Below, piece after piece: positions 18,040-27,956 of a stretch of 64,000 bases of DNA. The notes under the pieces were generated by a model that did not search any database, was not told where the DNA came from, and was given only the letters and a program-made list of their open reading frames with translations. This DNA comes from Abditibacterium sp. (GTDB taxonomy: Bacteria; Armatimonadota; Abditibacteriia; Abditibacteriales; Abditibacteriaceae). A program made the translations under genes and the position numbers. Each line of letters begins with the position of its first letter. Position 1 is the first letter of the stretch. The stretch spans positions 2,848,001 through 2,912,000 of the forward strand of contig CBDASK010000003.1 of assembly GCA_965199495.1 (NCBI GenBank), in the 5' to 3' direction.

Positions 18040-18131
18040 GTAGAGACGCCGATTTATCGCGTCTAAAACGTTGGCTTGCTTCAACGAAACGTTAATCCAA
18101 CGTTTTAGACGCGATAAATCGGCGTCTCTAC
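18040..18131. repeat. GTAG-type REP doublet, family B; its terminal GTAG supplies the leuB stop codon
   Basis: GTAGAGACGCCGATTTATCGCGTCTAAAACGTTGG...CCAACGTTTTAGACGCGATAAATCGGCGTCTCTAC. Confidence 0.9.
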
Positions 18132-19183
18132 GCGAGATGCTTGATAACCGCTTCGCCCATTTCCTGCGTGGTGCAACTGGCGCCGCCCGCACATATATCT
18201 GCCGTGCGAAAACCGTCGTCGAGGGCGCTTTGCACGGCGTTTTCGATTTTCTGCGCCAAATCTTCGCGCTCAAAACTGTAACGCAGCATCATCGCCGCCG
18301 CCAAAATCGTGGCGAGCGGATTGACGATTCCTTTGCCCGCGATGTCGGGCGCGCTGCCGTGAACCGGCTCGAACATCGAAACGCCGCCCGGACAGAAATT
18401 CGCGCTGGGACTCATGCCCAGACTGCCGACAATCGCCGCCGCTTCGTCCGAAATAATATCGCCGAACATATTGTCGGTTACCAAAACGTCCCATTTCGCG
18501 GGCGATGGGTCTTGCAAAACCAACAGACACCACGAATCCACCAACTGCGACGAGGTTTTGATATTTGGATAATCGGCGGACATTTTCTCGAACTTGCGAC
18601 GCCAGAACAAACTCGCGCTCAAAACGTTGGCTTTGTCCACCGAAATCAAGCGATTGTCGCGCTTGGCGGCAAGTTCAAACGCCCACTTCAAAATGCGATT
18701 GACGCCGGTTTCGGTAAACAAATTGATGTCGGTGGCTGTGGTTTCGGTTAGGCCGCCCATGCGGGAATATAAACCTTCGGAGTTTTCGCGCACGATAACG
18801 AAATCCACGCCATCTTGGAGCAAATTATCTTTGAGCGGCGAGGCGTTCTCCAAACCGCGAAACAGTTTCACCGGACGAATATTGACGTATTGACCGAAAA
18901 TCTGGCGCAATGCCAAAATGCCGTCTCGCTCGACACGGCCCGCTTCGATGTCGGGACGGCCCATCGGGCCTTTGAGAACGGCGTCGCAGAGGTGCAGAAT
19001 GTCGAGCGACGATTGCGGCAAAACTTCGCCGGTTTCGAGAAAGGTCGCGCCGCCCACGGGCGCTTTAGTCCATTCAAAGTTGATGTCGGCGCCTTTGACG
19101 GCGGCCTCCAGAGCAGCCACGCCCCACGAGACGACTTCGGGGCCGACGCCGTCGCCTTCGACAATTCCAATTTTTAAATTCAT
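18128..19183 (-). CDS. leuB: 3-isopropylmalate dehydrogenase
   Basis: GDGVGPEV, VRENSEGLY, SVDKANVL, NMFGDIISDEAA, GSLGMSPSA, FEPVHGSAPDIAGKGIVNP. Confidence 0.92.
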   Translation of the reverse strand: MNLKIGIVEGDGVGPEVVSWGVAALEAAVKGADINFEWTKAPVGGATFLETGEVLPQSSLDILHLCDAVLKGPMGRPDIEAGRVERDGILALRQIFGQYVNIRPVKLFRGLENASPLKDNLLQDGVDFVIVRENSEGLYSRMGGLTETTATDINLFTETGVNRILKWAFELAAKRDNRLISVDKANVLSASLFWRRKFEKMSADYPNIKTSSQLVDSWCLLVLQDPSPAKWDVLVTDNMFGDIISDEAAAIVGSLGMSPSANFCPGGVSMFEPVHGSAPDIAGKGIVNPLATILAAAMMLRYSFEREDLAQKIENAVQSALDDGFRTADICAGGASCTTQEMGEAVIKHLA

Positions 19184-19357
19184 ATTTTAAACTCGCCGCA
19201 CGTTTTATCGTCAGCGAAAGAGAGGGTTTAACCCAAGCCAAGCGAATTCGCAATTGACGTTCCTTGGCACAGGGCTTGCCTCTCAGGGGAAATAGACGCA
19301 GCAAATCGCGTTCAAATTTCAAAGTAAAAGTCACTTGTTTTCAAAGGAGGAAACATC

Positions 19358-19621
19358 ATGGGTTTGATAATCACAATTTTAGCGGGCGCACTCATCGGCT
19401 GGATCGCTTCAATAATCATGAAGACGAACGCTTCGATGGGCGCCATCGCTAACATCATTGCTGGCATCGTCGGCTCGGCGATTGGTGGCTTCATCGTTTC
19501 GGGCGGCAAAGGTCTGGGATCGGCGGGTTTCAATCCGATGCAGTTGATCGTTGGCATCGTCGGAGCCTGCATTTTGATCTTCGTGGTCAAATTGCTGATG
19601 GGCAGCAGAACAGCCGTCTAA
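19358..19621 (+). CDS. GlsB/YeaQ/YmgE (transglycosylase-associated) stress membrane protein
   Basis: GALIGWIASIIM...NIIAGIVGSAIGG...IVGACILI; SD AAGGAGG. Confidence 0.9.
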   Translation: MGLIITILAGALIGWIASIIMKTNASMGAIANIIAGIVGSAIGGFIVSGGKGLGSAGFNPMQLIVGIVGACILIFVVKLLMGSRTAV

Positions 19622-19632
19622 CTTCAAAACTA

Positions 19633-19669
19633 AAAAAAGCCGCGTTCTTGCAAAAGATCGCGGCTTTTT
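19633..19669 (+). terminator. Intrinsic terminator
   Basis: aaaaagccgcg...cgcggcttttt. Confidence 0.75.
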
Positions 19670-19772
19670 CGCGTCTGCCATGTGCGATTTTCGGTTGCGA
19701 AATTAGTTAGCGTTTGCGGTAAAGCGGCAAAGATTCTAAAATTGAATTCACTTTTCCGATTTTCTTTTTAAT

Positions 19773-21821
19773 ATGGCCGCCTCTCCCGCACTTTCTTCTG
19801 TGCCCGCTCCCGAATCTCCGCTTGAAGCCGCCGACAAACGCGCGCGCGGCGTGACCGGGCGCGTGGTGCTGCTCAGCCTGTTTTTGGCGGCGATGTTTGG
19901 TTACATCGTGCCAACGGTAGATTATCGTTTCACCAACACGTTTTTAGGCGCGGCGCATTTGCCCGCCGGAGCCGTCGCCGTGTTGCTCTTGTTGTTGCTG
20001 GTGATTAATCCGCTACTCAAATTGGCTTCGGCGCGGGCGGCGCTGGGACGCAACGAGATTTTGACGGTTTATATTACCTGTCTATTTTCGGTTTTGGTGC
20101 CGGGACGCGGCGGCGAAAACTTCTTCATTCCCAACGTGCTGGCCTCGTTTTATTACGCGACGCGCGAAAACAAGTGGCTCGATTTTTTGGTGCCCTACAT
20201 CAAGCCGTGGATGACGCCCGCGCTCTCGCCCGACGGGCAAGTGCAAACCAAAGTCGTGGCCGATTGGTTTCAGGGCATACCGACTGGCCAGCCCATTCCG
20301 TGGGCGGCGTGGCTGGTGCCATTGGCGGCTTGGACGGCGATTATTTTCGCGCTTTACGCGATGCTCGGTTGTCTGGGCGTGATGGTGCGCGCGCAGTGGG
20401 CCGAGCGCGAGGCACTGGCGTTTCCCCTGCTCAAATTGCCGATGCAGATGACCGAAGACGTGGACAAACCCGGCGCGGGATTGGGCACGTTTTTCCGCAC
20501 GCCCGCGATGTGGATTGGCTTTAGCATCGCCGTGTTCATCGAAATGCTCAACGGTCTGCACCTCTATTTCCCCGATGTGCCCGCCGTGCCGCTTTCGCTG
20601 GGGACGGGCGCGCTCTTCACCGAAGCGCCGTGGAACCAAATCGGCGCCTTCGATATTCGCGTGTGGCCGCTCATGGTCGGCATTTCCTATCTCCTGACTT
20701 CGGAAGTTTCACTCTCGCTGTGGGCGTTTTTTCTGTTCCAAAAGTTACAACTGATTATCGCTTATTACATCGGTTATCAGCCCGCGAGTTTGCCTGAACC
20801 GGTGTGGACACGCGGGTTTTCCAAAAACTTCATCGTCTACCAACAGTTCGGGGCGATCATGGCCTACGGCATCATGGTTTTGTGGCTGGGGCGCGAACAT
20901 GGGCGCCATATTTTCCGCCGCGCCATCGGGCGCACCAAAGCCACGCCAGCAGAAGCAAGCGAGGCGCTTTCTTATCCGGTCGCGTTTTGGGGCTTTCTGC
21001 TCTCGTGGAGTTTCGTCATCGCATGGACGACGGCGGCGGGCGTTAGATTGGACATCGCCATCATGCTGTGGGCGATTTATCTGATCGTCGCCATCGGATT
21101 AACGCGTTTAGTTGTCGAGGCCGGACTGATTATGGTCAATACGGGCTGGATGACGCTGGGGCCGCTTTCGGGCTTAATCGGCAACGCCCTGCCTGCTTCG
21201 AGCGCGGTGCCTGCCGCGCTCATCAGCAACACGATGATGTTCGAGTTGCGCGGATTTCTGCTGCCGTCGTTCGTGCAGAGTTTTAAATTGGCGCACGACC
21301 GCAAAATCGCCGCGCGCCCGCTCATGGCTTTAATCACGGCGTGCATCGCGATTTCATTTGGCGTGGCGCTCTGGACAATCGTCAAGATGGGCTACGATTA
21401 TGGCGGCCTGACGCTGCAAGAATGGTGGGCGCGCGGCAACGGCGCGCAGGGGCCAGCCAAAAACGCCGCGCAACTGATTCGCGATTCGACCGAAGATTTA
21501 AAGCTCAATTGGGGCTGGACGGCGGTCGGCGTGGCTGTAACAATCGGATTAATGGCGGCGCGCGCACAATTCTCGTGGTTTCCGCTGCACCCGATTGGTT
21601 ACATTATTTTCACGCCATTCCCAATTGTCACGTTGTGGTTTTCGATTTTTCTGGGCTGGCTCGCCAAAACATTAATTATGAAATTCGGCAGCACCGAAGG
21701 CTACCGCGCCGCCTTGCCCGCGTTTTTGGGGTTGGCGCTGGGCAGCGTCACCATGATCATTTTCTGGCTGATTATAGATGGCTGGCAGGGTCGCACCGGA
21801 CATTCTCTGTTGCCGGTTTGA
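19773..21821 (+). CDS. Polytopic membrane protein, DUF6785/DUF6784-like (OPT-like transporter)
   Basis: Many TM segments; QWAEREALAFPL, RLVVEAG, WFPLHPIGY, FLGWLAKTLIMKFG. Confidence 0.75.
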   Translation: MAASPALSSVPAPESPLEAADKRARGVTGRVVLLSLFLAAMFGYIVPTVDYRFTNTFLGAAHLPAGAVAVLLLLLLVINPLLKLASARAALGRNEILTVYITCLFSVLVPGRGGENFFIPNVLASFYYATRENKWLDFLVPYIKPWMTPALSPDGQVQTKVVADWFQGIPTGQPIPWAAWLVPLAAWTAIIFALYAMLGCLGVMVRAQWAEREALAFPLLKLPMQMTEDVDKPGAGLGTFFRTPAMWIGFSIAVFIEMLNGLHLYFPDVPAVPLSLGTGALFTEAPWNQIGAFDIRVWPLMVGISYLLTSEVSLSLWAFFLFQKLQLIIAYYIGYQPASLPEPVWTRGFSKNFIVYQQFGAIMAYGIMVLWLGREHGRHIFRRAIGRTKATPAEASEALSYPVAFWGFLLSWSFVIAWTTAAGVRLDIAIMLWAIYLIVAIGLTRLVVEAGLIMVNTGWMTLGPLSGLIGNALPASSAVPAALISNTMMFELRGFLLPSFVQSFKLAHDRKIAARPLMALITACIAISFGVALWTIVKMGYDYGGLTLQEWWARGNGAQGPAKNAAQLIRDSTEDLKLNWGWTAVGVAVTIGLMAARAQFSWFPLHPIGYIIFTPFPIVTLWFSIFLGWLAKTLIMKFGSTEGYRAALPAFLGLALGSVTMIIFWLIIDGWQGRTGHSLLPV

Positions 21822-21834
21822 AGCAATTCATCGT

Positions 21835-22704
21835 TCACGGCAGGAAAATCGTCGCGCCTTTTTCATCGCGTTTCTTTCCGCTTACGGGTTCGGCGCGCTC
21901 TTCGATAATGGCGATGATTTGTGCTTTGGCCGCTTCGTAAGTCGGTTTTTGCGGCAGCAACCCGAACGTGCGACGCAGCCACGGGCCGCTGGCGTAGTAA
22001 GCGTCGTAATAAAACGCGGGCATTTCGCGCGAGGGAGCGAAGGTGCCATCGGCGTTGACATCGAGCGAACTCCAGCCGGATTCGATGCGAATTTTCGGTG
22101 TGTCCGCATCGGGTGCCATCACGTAAAATTCGTAAACGCGGCCCAAATACGGTTTCTCTTTGTCGCCCTCCAACGGCTTCAATTCCCAATACTCGAACGC
22201 CAAAACCTGAAGTTTATTTTTATCCGTGCCCACGAAAAATTGGTCGCGGCAATAGCGCGGCCCTTTGGTATAACCCGATTCATCTGCGCCGCTTTTGCGG
22301 AGCGCGAAAATCTGCACGCGCAATGTATCACGCAATTTGAAATCGCTCAACTCCTGCGCGGTCTGAACGCGTTTGGCGAGCAACGCGCCGTCTTTGGGTT
22401 CTTGCTTTTGCAATCGCTCGAAATAAATTTGTGCCGCTTTGAAATTGCCGGTAAAAAACGCCGCGCTCCCGCCGTTCCACAGCGACGACGGCTCATCCGG
22501 TTCCGACGCCAACACAACGCGATATTGCTTTAAGGCGGCAACGTAATCGCGTTTTTCCATCGCGGCATTGCCCGCCCGAAACGCGGCTTCGAGCGCCGCA
22601 TCGTTCGCCGTGGCTGCATTGGGCGTCGGAGCATCGGGCGCGGCGTAAGCGGCACCGCTCAGCAAAACGCAACTGAGAAAGAGTGGGCGCAAATATCGGT
22701 TCAT
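21835..22704 (-). CDS. Secreted TPR-containing protein
   Basis: Signal peptide (AYA-A); TPR-like helices AFRAGNAAMEKRDYVAALKQY...NGGSAAFFTGNFKAA. Confidence 0.7.
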   Translation of the reverse strand: MNRYLRPLFLSCVLLSGAAYAAPDAPTPNAATANDAALEAAFRAGNAAMEKRDYVAALKQYRVVLASEPDEPSSLWNGGSAAFFTGNFKAAQIYFERLQKQEPKDGALLAKRVQTAQELSDFKLRDTLRVQIFALRKSGADESGYTKGPRYCRDQFFVGTDKNKLQVLAFEYWELKPLEGDKEKPYLGRVYEFYVMAPDADTPKIRIESGWSSLDVNADGTFAPSREMPAFYYDAYYASGPWLRRTFGLLPQKPTYEAAKAQIIAIIEERAEPVSGKKRDEKGATIFLP

Positions 22705-22730
22705 GTTGGCGATAATTTTAACCGATTACA

Positions 22731-22774
22731 AAACAAAACGCGCACTTTTCCTATGAGAAGCGCGCGTTTTGTTT
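22731..22774 (-). terminator. Terminator downstream of infB
   Basis: aaacaaaacgcgc...gcgcgttttgttt hairpin. Confidence 0.7.
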
Positions 22775-22783
22775 GGCTTCCAT

Positions 22784-25477
22784 TTAATCGTCCAAGGTGC
22801 GCTTGAGGCGCTTCATGGTGAAGCACTTCAAGCGGTCGCCTTCCTGAAAGCCGTTGAAGCCGTTGGTCGAAATGCCGCACTCTTGTCCGGCGGCCATCTC
22901 TTTGACTTCTTCCTTGAAGTGACGCAGCGAATCTACCTTGCCCTCGAACAACTGTTTCTGGTTGCGAAAGACGCGCATGATGTCGCCTTTGACGAACTTG
23001 CCTTCGAGAACCATGCAACCGGCGATGCCGCCCGCTTTGGTGGATTTGAACAACTGGCGAACTTCGGCTTCGCCCATGTAAATCTCCTCGAACATCGGCT
23101 TGAGCAGACCTTCGAGCGCCGCTTTTACGTCGTCAATGGCATCGTAAATGACATCGTAGTTGCGAATTTCGACTTTCTCGCGGTCGGCCAACTGCTTGGC
23201 CATCGGCGTGGCTCCGACGGCGAAGGCGATGATAAACGCCTCGGAAGCCGCCGCCAAATTGACATCGTTTTCCGTGACTTGGCCGACGCCGCGCGAGACG
23301 AATCTCACGCGAACTTCCTTGTGCGCCAAATCGTTGAGCGACGAGGCCAACGCCTCGACCGAACCCTGACCGTCGGCTTTGACGATCAAGTTCAAATCTT
23401 TCACGTCGCCTGCCTTGATTTTGTCGTACAAGTCGGCCATCGTGCGCATCGTCGCGGCGCCGCGCCCTTCGCGCGCCTGCGCCTCGAACGCCTCGGCGGC
23501 CTCGCGCGCTTCCTGCGGCGTTTCGTAGGCTTGCAACGAATCGGACGCGGAAGGCACGCCGTTCAGACCGGTGATGAAAACCGGAGTTTTCGGCCCGGCC
23601 TGATCCAAGGGTTCGCCCTTGTAATCGAGCATCTGGCGCACGCGACCATAGACTTCGCCGATTTGAATATCGTCGCCAATTTCCAAGTTGCCGCGATGCA
23701 GCAGCACAGTAGCCACGGCGCCCAAGTTTTGGTCTTGACGCGCCTCGATAACCGTGCCCGTCGCGTAACCTTCGGGGTTGGCCTTGAGTTCCTGAATTTC
23801 GGTGACCAGCAAAACGATGTCGAGCAAGTCGCTGACGCCCGCGCCGGTTTTGGCCGAAACCGGCACCACAACCGTATCGCCGCCGTAAGATTCCGGCACC
23901 AAACCGGCTTCGGCCAGTTGGCCGTAGATGCGGTCGGGATCGGAATCGGGCAAGTCGGTTTTGTTGAGCGCCACGATAATCGGCAGTTTGGCCGCGCGCG
24001 CGTGGTCAATCGCCTCGCGCGTCTGCGGCATCACGCCGTCGTTGGCGGCGACCACCAAAATCGCGATGTCGGTGACATGCGCACCGCGCGCCCTCATGCG
24101 CGTGAACGCCGCGTGACCGGGCGTGTCCAAAAACACCAAACGCTGACCGTTATGTTCGGTCTCGTAGGCGCCGATGCGTTGCGTAATGCCGCCCGCTTCG
24201 CCCGCCTGCACCTTGCCGCCGCGAATGCGGTCGAGCAAGCTGGTTTTGCCGTGGTCAACGTGGCCCATAACAACGACGACTGGCGGCACTTCGATCAAAT
24301 CGTCTTCGTTCTCGGCCTCGGAAACGTTGACTTCGGAGCGCGCCTCTTTGCGCTCGATGGTGAAGCCGAAACTCGTGGCGAGGTTGGAAGCCACGTCCAT
24401 TTCGAGCGGCGCGTTGGCCGCGCGCATCACGCCCATTTTAAAGAGAGCCTTGATGACTTCGTTGACCGGCTTGCGCATCTTCTTGGCGAGGTCGGCGACG
24501 GTAATTTCTCCCGTGACAACAATCGTCATATCGGCATCGGTCAACGGAAGTTCCTCGACGACTTCCTCGAAACGCTCTAAGCCGTGATTGGAACGACGAC
24601 CGCGATATTTGCCTTTGCGCGCATTGCGACGGTCGCGTCCGCCCGTGGCGAACGGGCTGTTATCCAAATTTTGCGGTTTGGGCGCGCCGCTCGCGGTCGT
24701 GCCACCCGCGCCGGGCACCGGCTGAGCCGGGCCGCGTCCGCCTTGGGCGCGACCGCCGCCGCCACGCGCCGGGCCACGCGCGCCGCCCGCACCTGCGGGC
24801 CGATTGCCCTGATAACCGCCGCCGGGCCGACCGCCGCCGGGCGCGCCGGGGCCGCGTCCGCCGCCACGCGGACGAGAATCGCCGCTATTATCCGAAGGCG
24901 GAGGCGCTGTGCGTCCGGTTGGAACCGGCGCCGCGCCCGCGCCGCCACGCGGCGGCATCGCGCGACCTTGCGGCGTGCCCTGCGGACGAGGCGCGCGACC
25001 ATCGTTGCCACGTCCATCGCTCGAACGAGGCGCGCGGCCATCGTTGCCGCGACCATCACTCGAACGCGGCGCGCGACCGTCGGCGCCACGACCATCGCTC
25101 GAACGCCCGTCGTTGGTGCGACCGGTAGGCGCGGTGCGTCCCGTGGGCGGAGCCACGGGCGCGACAGGCGCCGCCGCGACTGCCGCTGCGGGCGCGGGCA
25201 TCGAAGCCATCGAGTTGGCCGTGGCGGGCGCCGCAACCGGAGCGCTCGCGGGCGCCGTGGCTGCTGTTGGCGCGGGCGCGGATTGGGCGGTGGGCGTTTT
25301 GACGACGCCATCGGTTTTGTTGGCGACCAACTGGCGCAGCGACGCCGCCGCCATCGGTTCGACCGACGACGACGCGACTTTATTGGCCACGCCGATGGAG
25401 TTCAGCATGTCCAAAACTTCGCGCGGGCTAACCGACAATTCTTTCGCTATATCGTAAATTCTGACTTTAGTTGCCAT
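22784..25477 (-). CDS. infB: Translation initiation factor IF-2
   Basis: [45 protein letters not shown]; low-complexity N-terminus with [13 protein letters not shown] repeats. Confidence 0.98.
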   Translation of the reverse strand: MATKVRIYDIAKELSVSPREVLDMLNSIGVANKVASSSVEPMAAASLRQLVANKTDGVVKTPTAQSAPAPTAATAPASAPVAAPATANSMASMPAPAAAVAAAPVAPVAPPTGRTAPTGRTNDGRSSDGRGADGRAPRSSDGRGNDGRAPRSSDGRGNDGRAPRPQGTPQGRAMPPRGGAGAAPVPTGRTAPPPSDNSGDSRPRGGGRGPGAPGGGRPGGGYQGNRPAGAGGARGPARGGGGRAQGGRGPAQPVPGAGGTTASGAPKPQNLDNSPFATGGRDRRNARKGKYRGRRSNHGLERFEEVVEELPLTDADMTIVVTGEITVADLAKKMRKPVNEVIKALFKMGVMRAANAPLEMDVASNLATSFGFTIERKEARSEVNVSEAENEDDLIEVPPVVVVMGHVDHGKTSLLDRIRGGKVQAGEAGGITQRIGAYETEHNGQRLVFLDTPGHAAFTRMRARGAHVTDIAILVVAANDGVMPQTREAIDHARAAKLPIIVALNKTDLPDSDPDRIYGQLAEAGLVPESYGGDTVVVPVSAKTGAGVSDLLDIVLLVTEIQELKANPEGYATGTVIEARQDQNLGAVATVLLHRGNLEIGDDIQIGEVYGRVRQMLDYKGEPLDQAGPKTPVFITGLNGVPSASDSLQAYETPQEAREAAEAFEAQAREGRGAATMRTMADLYDKIKAGDVKDLNLIVKADGQGSVEALASSLNDLAHKEVRVRFVSRGVGQVTENDVNLAAASEAFIIAFAVGATPMAKQLADREKVEIRNYDVIYDAIDDVKAALEGLLKPMFEEIYMGEAEVRQLFKSTKAGGIAGCMVLEGKFVKGDIMRVFRNQKQLFEGKVDSLRHFKEEVKEMAAGQECGISTNGFNGFQEGDRLKCFTMKRLKRTLDD

Positions 25478-25508
25478 GAGGCATCACGTTCCTTTTGTGA
25501 CTCAAGAG

Positions 25509-25808
25509 TTAATTCATGTGTTGGCTCTCCTGAGAGGTTATGTTTATCGAAATCGCGGTTTCGATTTGTTCTTTAATCGTCGCATCGAGCGGCGTTTTGA
25601 GTTTCAGCGCGCGCTCGAAAGCGCGTTTTTTCCAAGCGGTTTTGGCGCAACCTAAATCGCGACACAGATAAGCGCCCCGTCCCAACGCCTTCAATTTTCC
25701 GGCATCGAGTTGGGGCGTTGCTCCGTCGCGGCTTGCAACGCGGAGCATTTCGCCGGGCGCTTTCACGCTGCGGCACGCGACGCAGGTGCGCTGGGGTTGG
25801 TGGGGCAT
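25509..25808 (-). CDS. ylxR: YlxR/RnpM family RNA-binding protein
   Basis: PQRTCVACR...GRGAYLC...C; located between nusA and infB. Confidence 0.9.
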   Translation of the reverse strand: MPHQPQRTCVACRSVKAPGEMLRVASRDGATPQLDAGKLKALGRGAYLCRDLGCAKTAWKKRAFERALKLKTPLDATIKEQIETAISINITSQESQHMN

Positions 25809-25826
25809 TGCTGGGCTTACATCCCT

Positions 25827-25908
25827 TTTAGCGGGGCTGACGCCCTCTTCCAATCGGCGGTCTTTCGACGAACTTTGCTGATTGGAAGAGGGCGCCAGCC
25901 CCGCTAAA
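25827..25908. repeat. REP doublet, family C (AGCGGGGCTGACGC...TTCCAATC / GATTGGAAG...CAGCCCCGCT)
   Basis: Inverted ~26-bp arms; further copies at 28948, 37634, 41221 and partial copies at 32317 and 52843. Confidence 0.9.
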
Positions 25909-25914
25909 TTTCCA

Positions 25915-27258
25915 TTACTTCCCGTCCGAATCCATTCCGCCCATCAACTCGTCCATTGACATTTCGTCTTCGGGCGCCGTTTCCATTGCGGGCATCGCGG
26001 GCATTTCCGGCTCGGCCTGAACTGGAGCCACCGGCACATCAACGGGCGCGCTGTCCACCAGATGTCCGTCCGGTTCGATGGCGAACAGCGTATCCAAAGT
26101 CGTCTTCGATTCGCGCGTCGGTTCTTTGGCCGGAACCGCATTGCCGCGCACGTCGAACATCTTTTTGGCCTGTTCTTCGGCAAACTGTTTTTCCGTCCGA
26201 ATGTCAATGCGCCAGCCGGTCAGTTTGGCCGCCAGACGCACGTTTTGGCCTTGCTTTCCGATCGCCAGCGATTGTTGGTCTTCCGAAACAATCACCGTCG
26301 CCGTGCCGGTTTTGCCTTCTTCGATAATCGAGACTTTGATGACCTGCGCGGGCGACAAAGCGTTGGTAATGAACTCGATGGGATCGTCGCTCCAGCGCAC
26401 GATGTCCACCTTTTCGTTGCCCAACTCGCCGACGACTTTGGCGACGCGATTGCCGCGCGGCCCGACGCAAGCGCCGACCGGATCGACGTCGGGATTCTCG
26501 GCGGCGACCGCGATTTTCGAGCGTTGCCCGGCCTCGCGCGCCACGGCTTTGAGTTCGACGATTTTTTCCGCGATTTCGGGCACTTCGCGCGTGAACAGGT
26601 TGCGCAGCAAATCGGGATGCGAACGCGAAACCATGATCGAAGGGCCGCGATAACCCTGGCGCACATCAATGACGAAAACGTAATAACTCTCGCCAAAACG
26701 ATAGGTCTCGCCGTGCGCCTGTTCTTTGAACGGCAGAATCGCTTCGGCCTTGCCCAATTGCATCACGACATCGCCGCGCTCCAAACGCTGCACGATACCG
26801 CAAAACAATTCGCCCTGTTTATCGGAATATTCCGAGGCGACCTGATCGCGTTCGGCGTCGCGCAGTTTCTGCATCAAAACCTGCTTGGCCGTCAGCGCCG
26901 CCACCCGACCGAAACCGGCGGGCGTCACTTCGCGCTCGATGACTTCGCCCAAATTGATGTTCGGGTCTTGCTCGCGCGCCGATTTCCACGCGACTTCGGT
27001 GTTGGGGTTCATCTCTTTCTGCACCACTAATTTCTGCGCGAACACGCGAAAATCGTTGCGCTCGAAATCAGCAGCCACGCGCACGGTGCCCGAACTGCCA
27101 TAGGCGCGCTTGTAGGCCGAAACCAGAGCGCCCTCAATCGAGGAGACCAGAGTTTCGATGGGGATATTTTTTTCGTCGGAGACCAGACGCAGACTTTGCA
27201 GCATATCCGCGCGCTGTTCTTGATCGGTTTTTTTCGGAGTTTTCTTCGCCAGTGCCAT
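25915..27258 (-). CDS. nusA: Transcription factor NusA
   Basis: FGRVAALTAKQ, EVPEI, AREAGQRSKIAV, DPVGACVG, LAIGKQGQNVRLAAKLTGWRIDI. Confidence 0.98.
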   Translation of the reverse strand: MALAKKTPKKTDQEQRADMLQSLRLVSDEKNIPIETLVSSIEGALVSAYKRAYGSSGTVRVAADFERNDFRVFAQKLVVQKEMNPNTEVAWKSAREQDPNINLGEVIEREVTPAGFGRVAALTAKQVLMQKLRDAERDQVASEYSDKQGELFCGIVQRLERGDVVMQLGKAEAILPFKEQAHGETYRFGESYYVFVIDVRQGYRGPSIMVSRSHPDLLRNLFTREVPEIAEKIVELKAVAREAGQRSKIAVAAENPDVDPVGACVGPRGNRVAKVVGELGNEKVDIVRWSDDPIEFITNALSPAQVIKVSIIEEGKTGTATVIVSEDQQSLAIGKQGQNVRLAAKLTGWRIDIRTEKQFAEEQAKKMFDVRGNAVPAKEPTRESKTTLDTLFAIEPDGHLVDSAPVDVPVAPVQAEPEMPAMPAMETAPEDEMSMDELMGGMDSDGK

Positions 27259-27323
27259 ATTCAGTTGTCCTTTATTTAATTGGATTTGAGCGTTTAACGC
27301 GCTCAAACGCCCCCATTTTGAAG

Positions 27324-27354
27324 CAACAAAAAAGCGGACGCGTTGCGCCCACTT
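27324..27354 (-). promoter_or_regulatory. rimP-leader-like attenuator hairpin
   Basis: On the - strand, AAGTGGGCGC-AAC-GCGTCCGCTT-TTTTG lies upstream of nusA and resembles the terminator found in front of rimP-nusA-infB operons. Confidence 0.6.
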
Positions 27355-27473
27355 GCTCCGCCGTTCTCGCGGAAACTTCGTGCTGTTAAATTCGGTAGCA
27401 ATAAGATTTTACTTCAAATTCATATTTTGGACAATTGACCGACGCACGAAACCGCGCGGCGTGCCGTTTTGGT

Positions 27474-27956
27474 TCATTTGTCATCACGATATAAAGCGAT
27501 AAATTCGCGCAAGCGACGTTCGGTTACGGGATGAAGTTTTGCCGCACGCTCTTCGATTCCCGACTTATGAAGATACGTCCCCGTATAATAAGCGGGCGAA
27601 GATAAATGTATCTGAGCCAAATAATGCGGTTCTCGATAGCTTTTGCGCAATCGAATCGCGTAGCCGCGAGGAATTGGAACGGAGCCACTAAAAGTGCCCA
27701 ATTCATCGGCTTCTCGCCCTCTTTTAAGAAGATAAAACTCATCCAACGTCGCTTTAAATTCATCAATGGGAATCGAAACAGATTTTCCACCATTAACCAA
27801 CTCTACGATTTTCGCCTCGCGCAAGTGCGCGCGTTCCTGCAAATCAAATTGAGTCGGCGTCGGATGCAACTGCTTCCATTTGACGCCGCCAAGCAACGCG
27901 CCTAATAAGAGAGGAAGCAAAACAAACGCGCCCCGATGAAGAAGTTGCTGTTTCAT
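27474..27956 (-). CDS. Hypothetical membrane-anchored protein (lower GC)
   Basis: 160 aa, N-terminal TM, ATGA overlap with the upstream gene. Confidence 0.65.
   Translation of the reverse strand: MKQQLLHRGAFVLLPLLLGALLGGVKWKQLHPTPTQFDLQERAHLREAKIVELVNGGKSVSIPIDEFKATLDEFYLLKRGREADELGTFSGSVPIPRGYAIRLRKSYREPHYLAQIHLSSPAYYTGTYLHKSGIEERAAKLHPVTERRLREFIALYRDDK

Noticed and set aside
18030..18273. N-terminal extensions in the ORF track (also 28936-29107, 46826-46877, 54170-54275, 57762-57903, 58207-58366)
   Set aside because: They translate through intergenic repeats or upstream genes; downstream ATGs match the family starts.
19262..19295. Possible SigB promoter (GGGGAAAT) upstream of the GlsB-family gene
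   Set aside because: The -35 element does not match the GTTT consensus; too weak to call.
22769..24580. 603-aa + strand ORF
   Set aside because: Antisense shadow of infB produced by codon bias; no recognisable motifs.
24985..25150. 39-bp tandem repeats in infB
   Set aside because: Ordinary low-complexity variation of the IF-2 N-terminal region.
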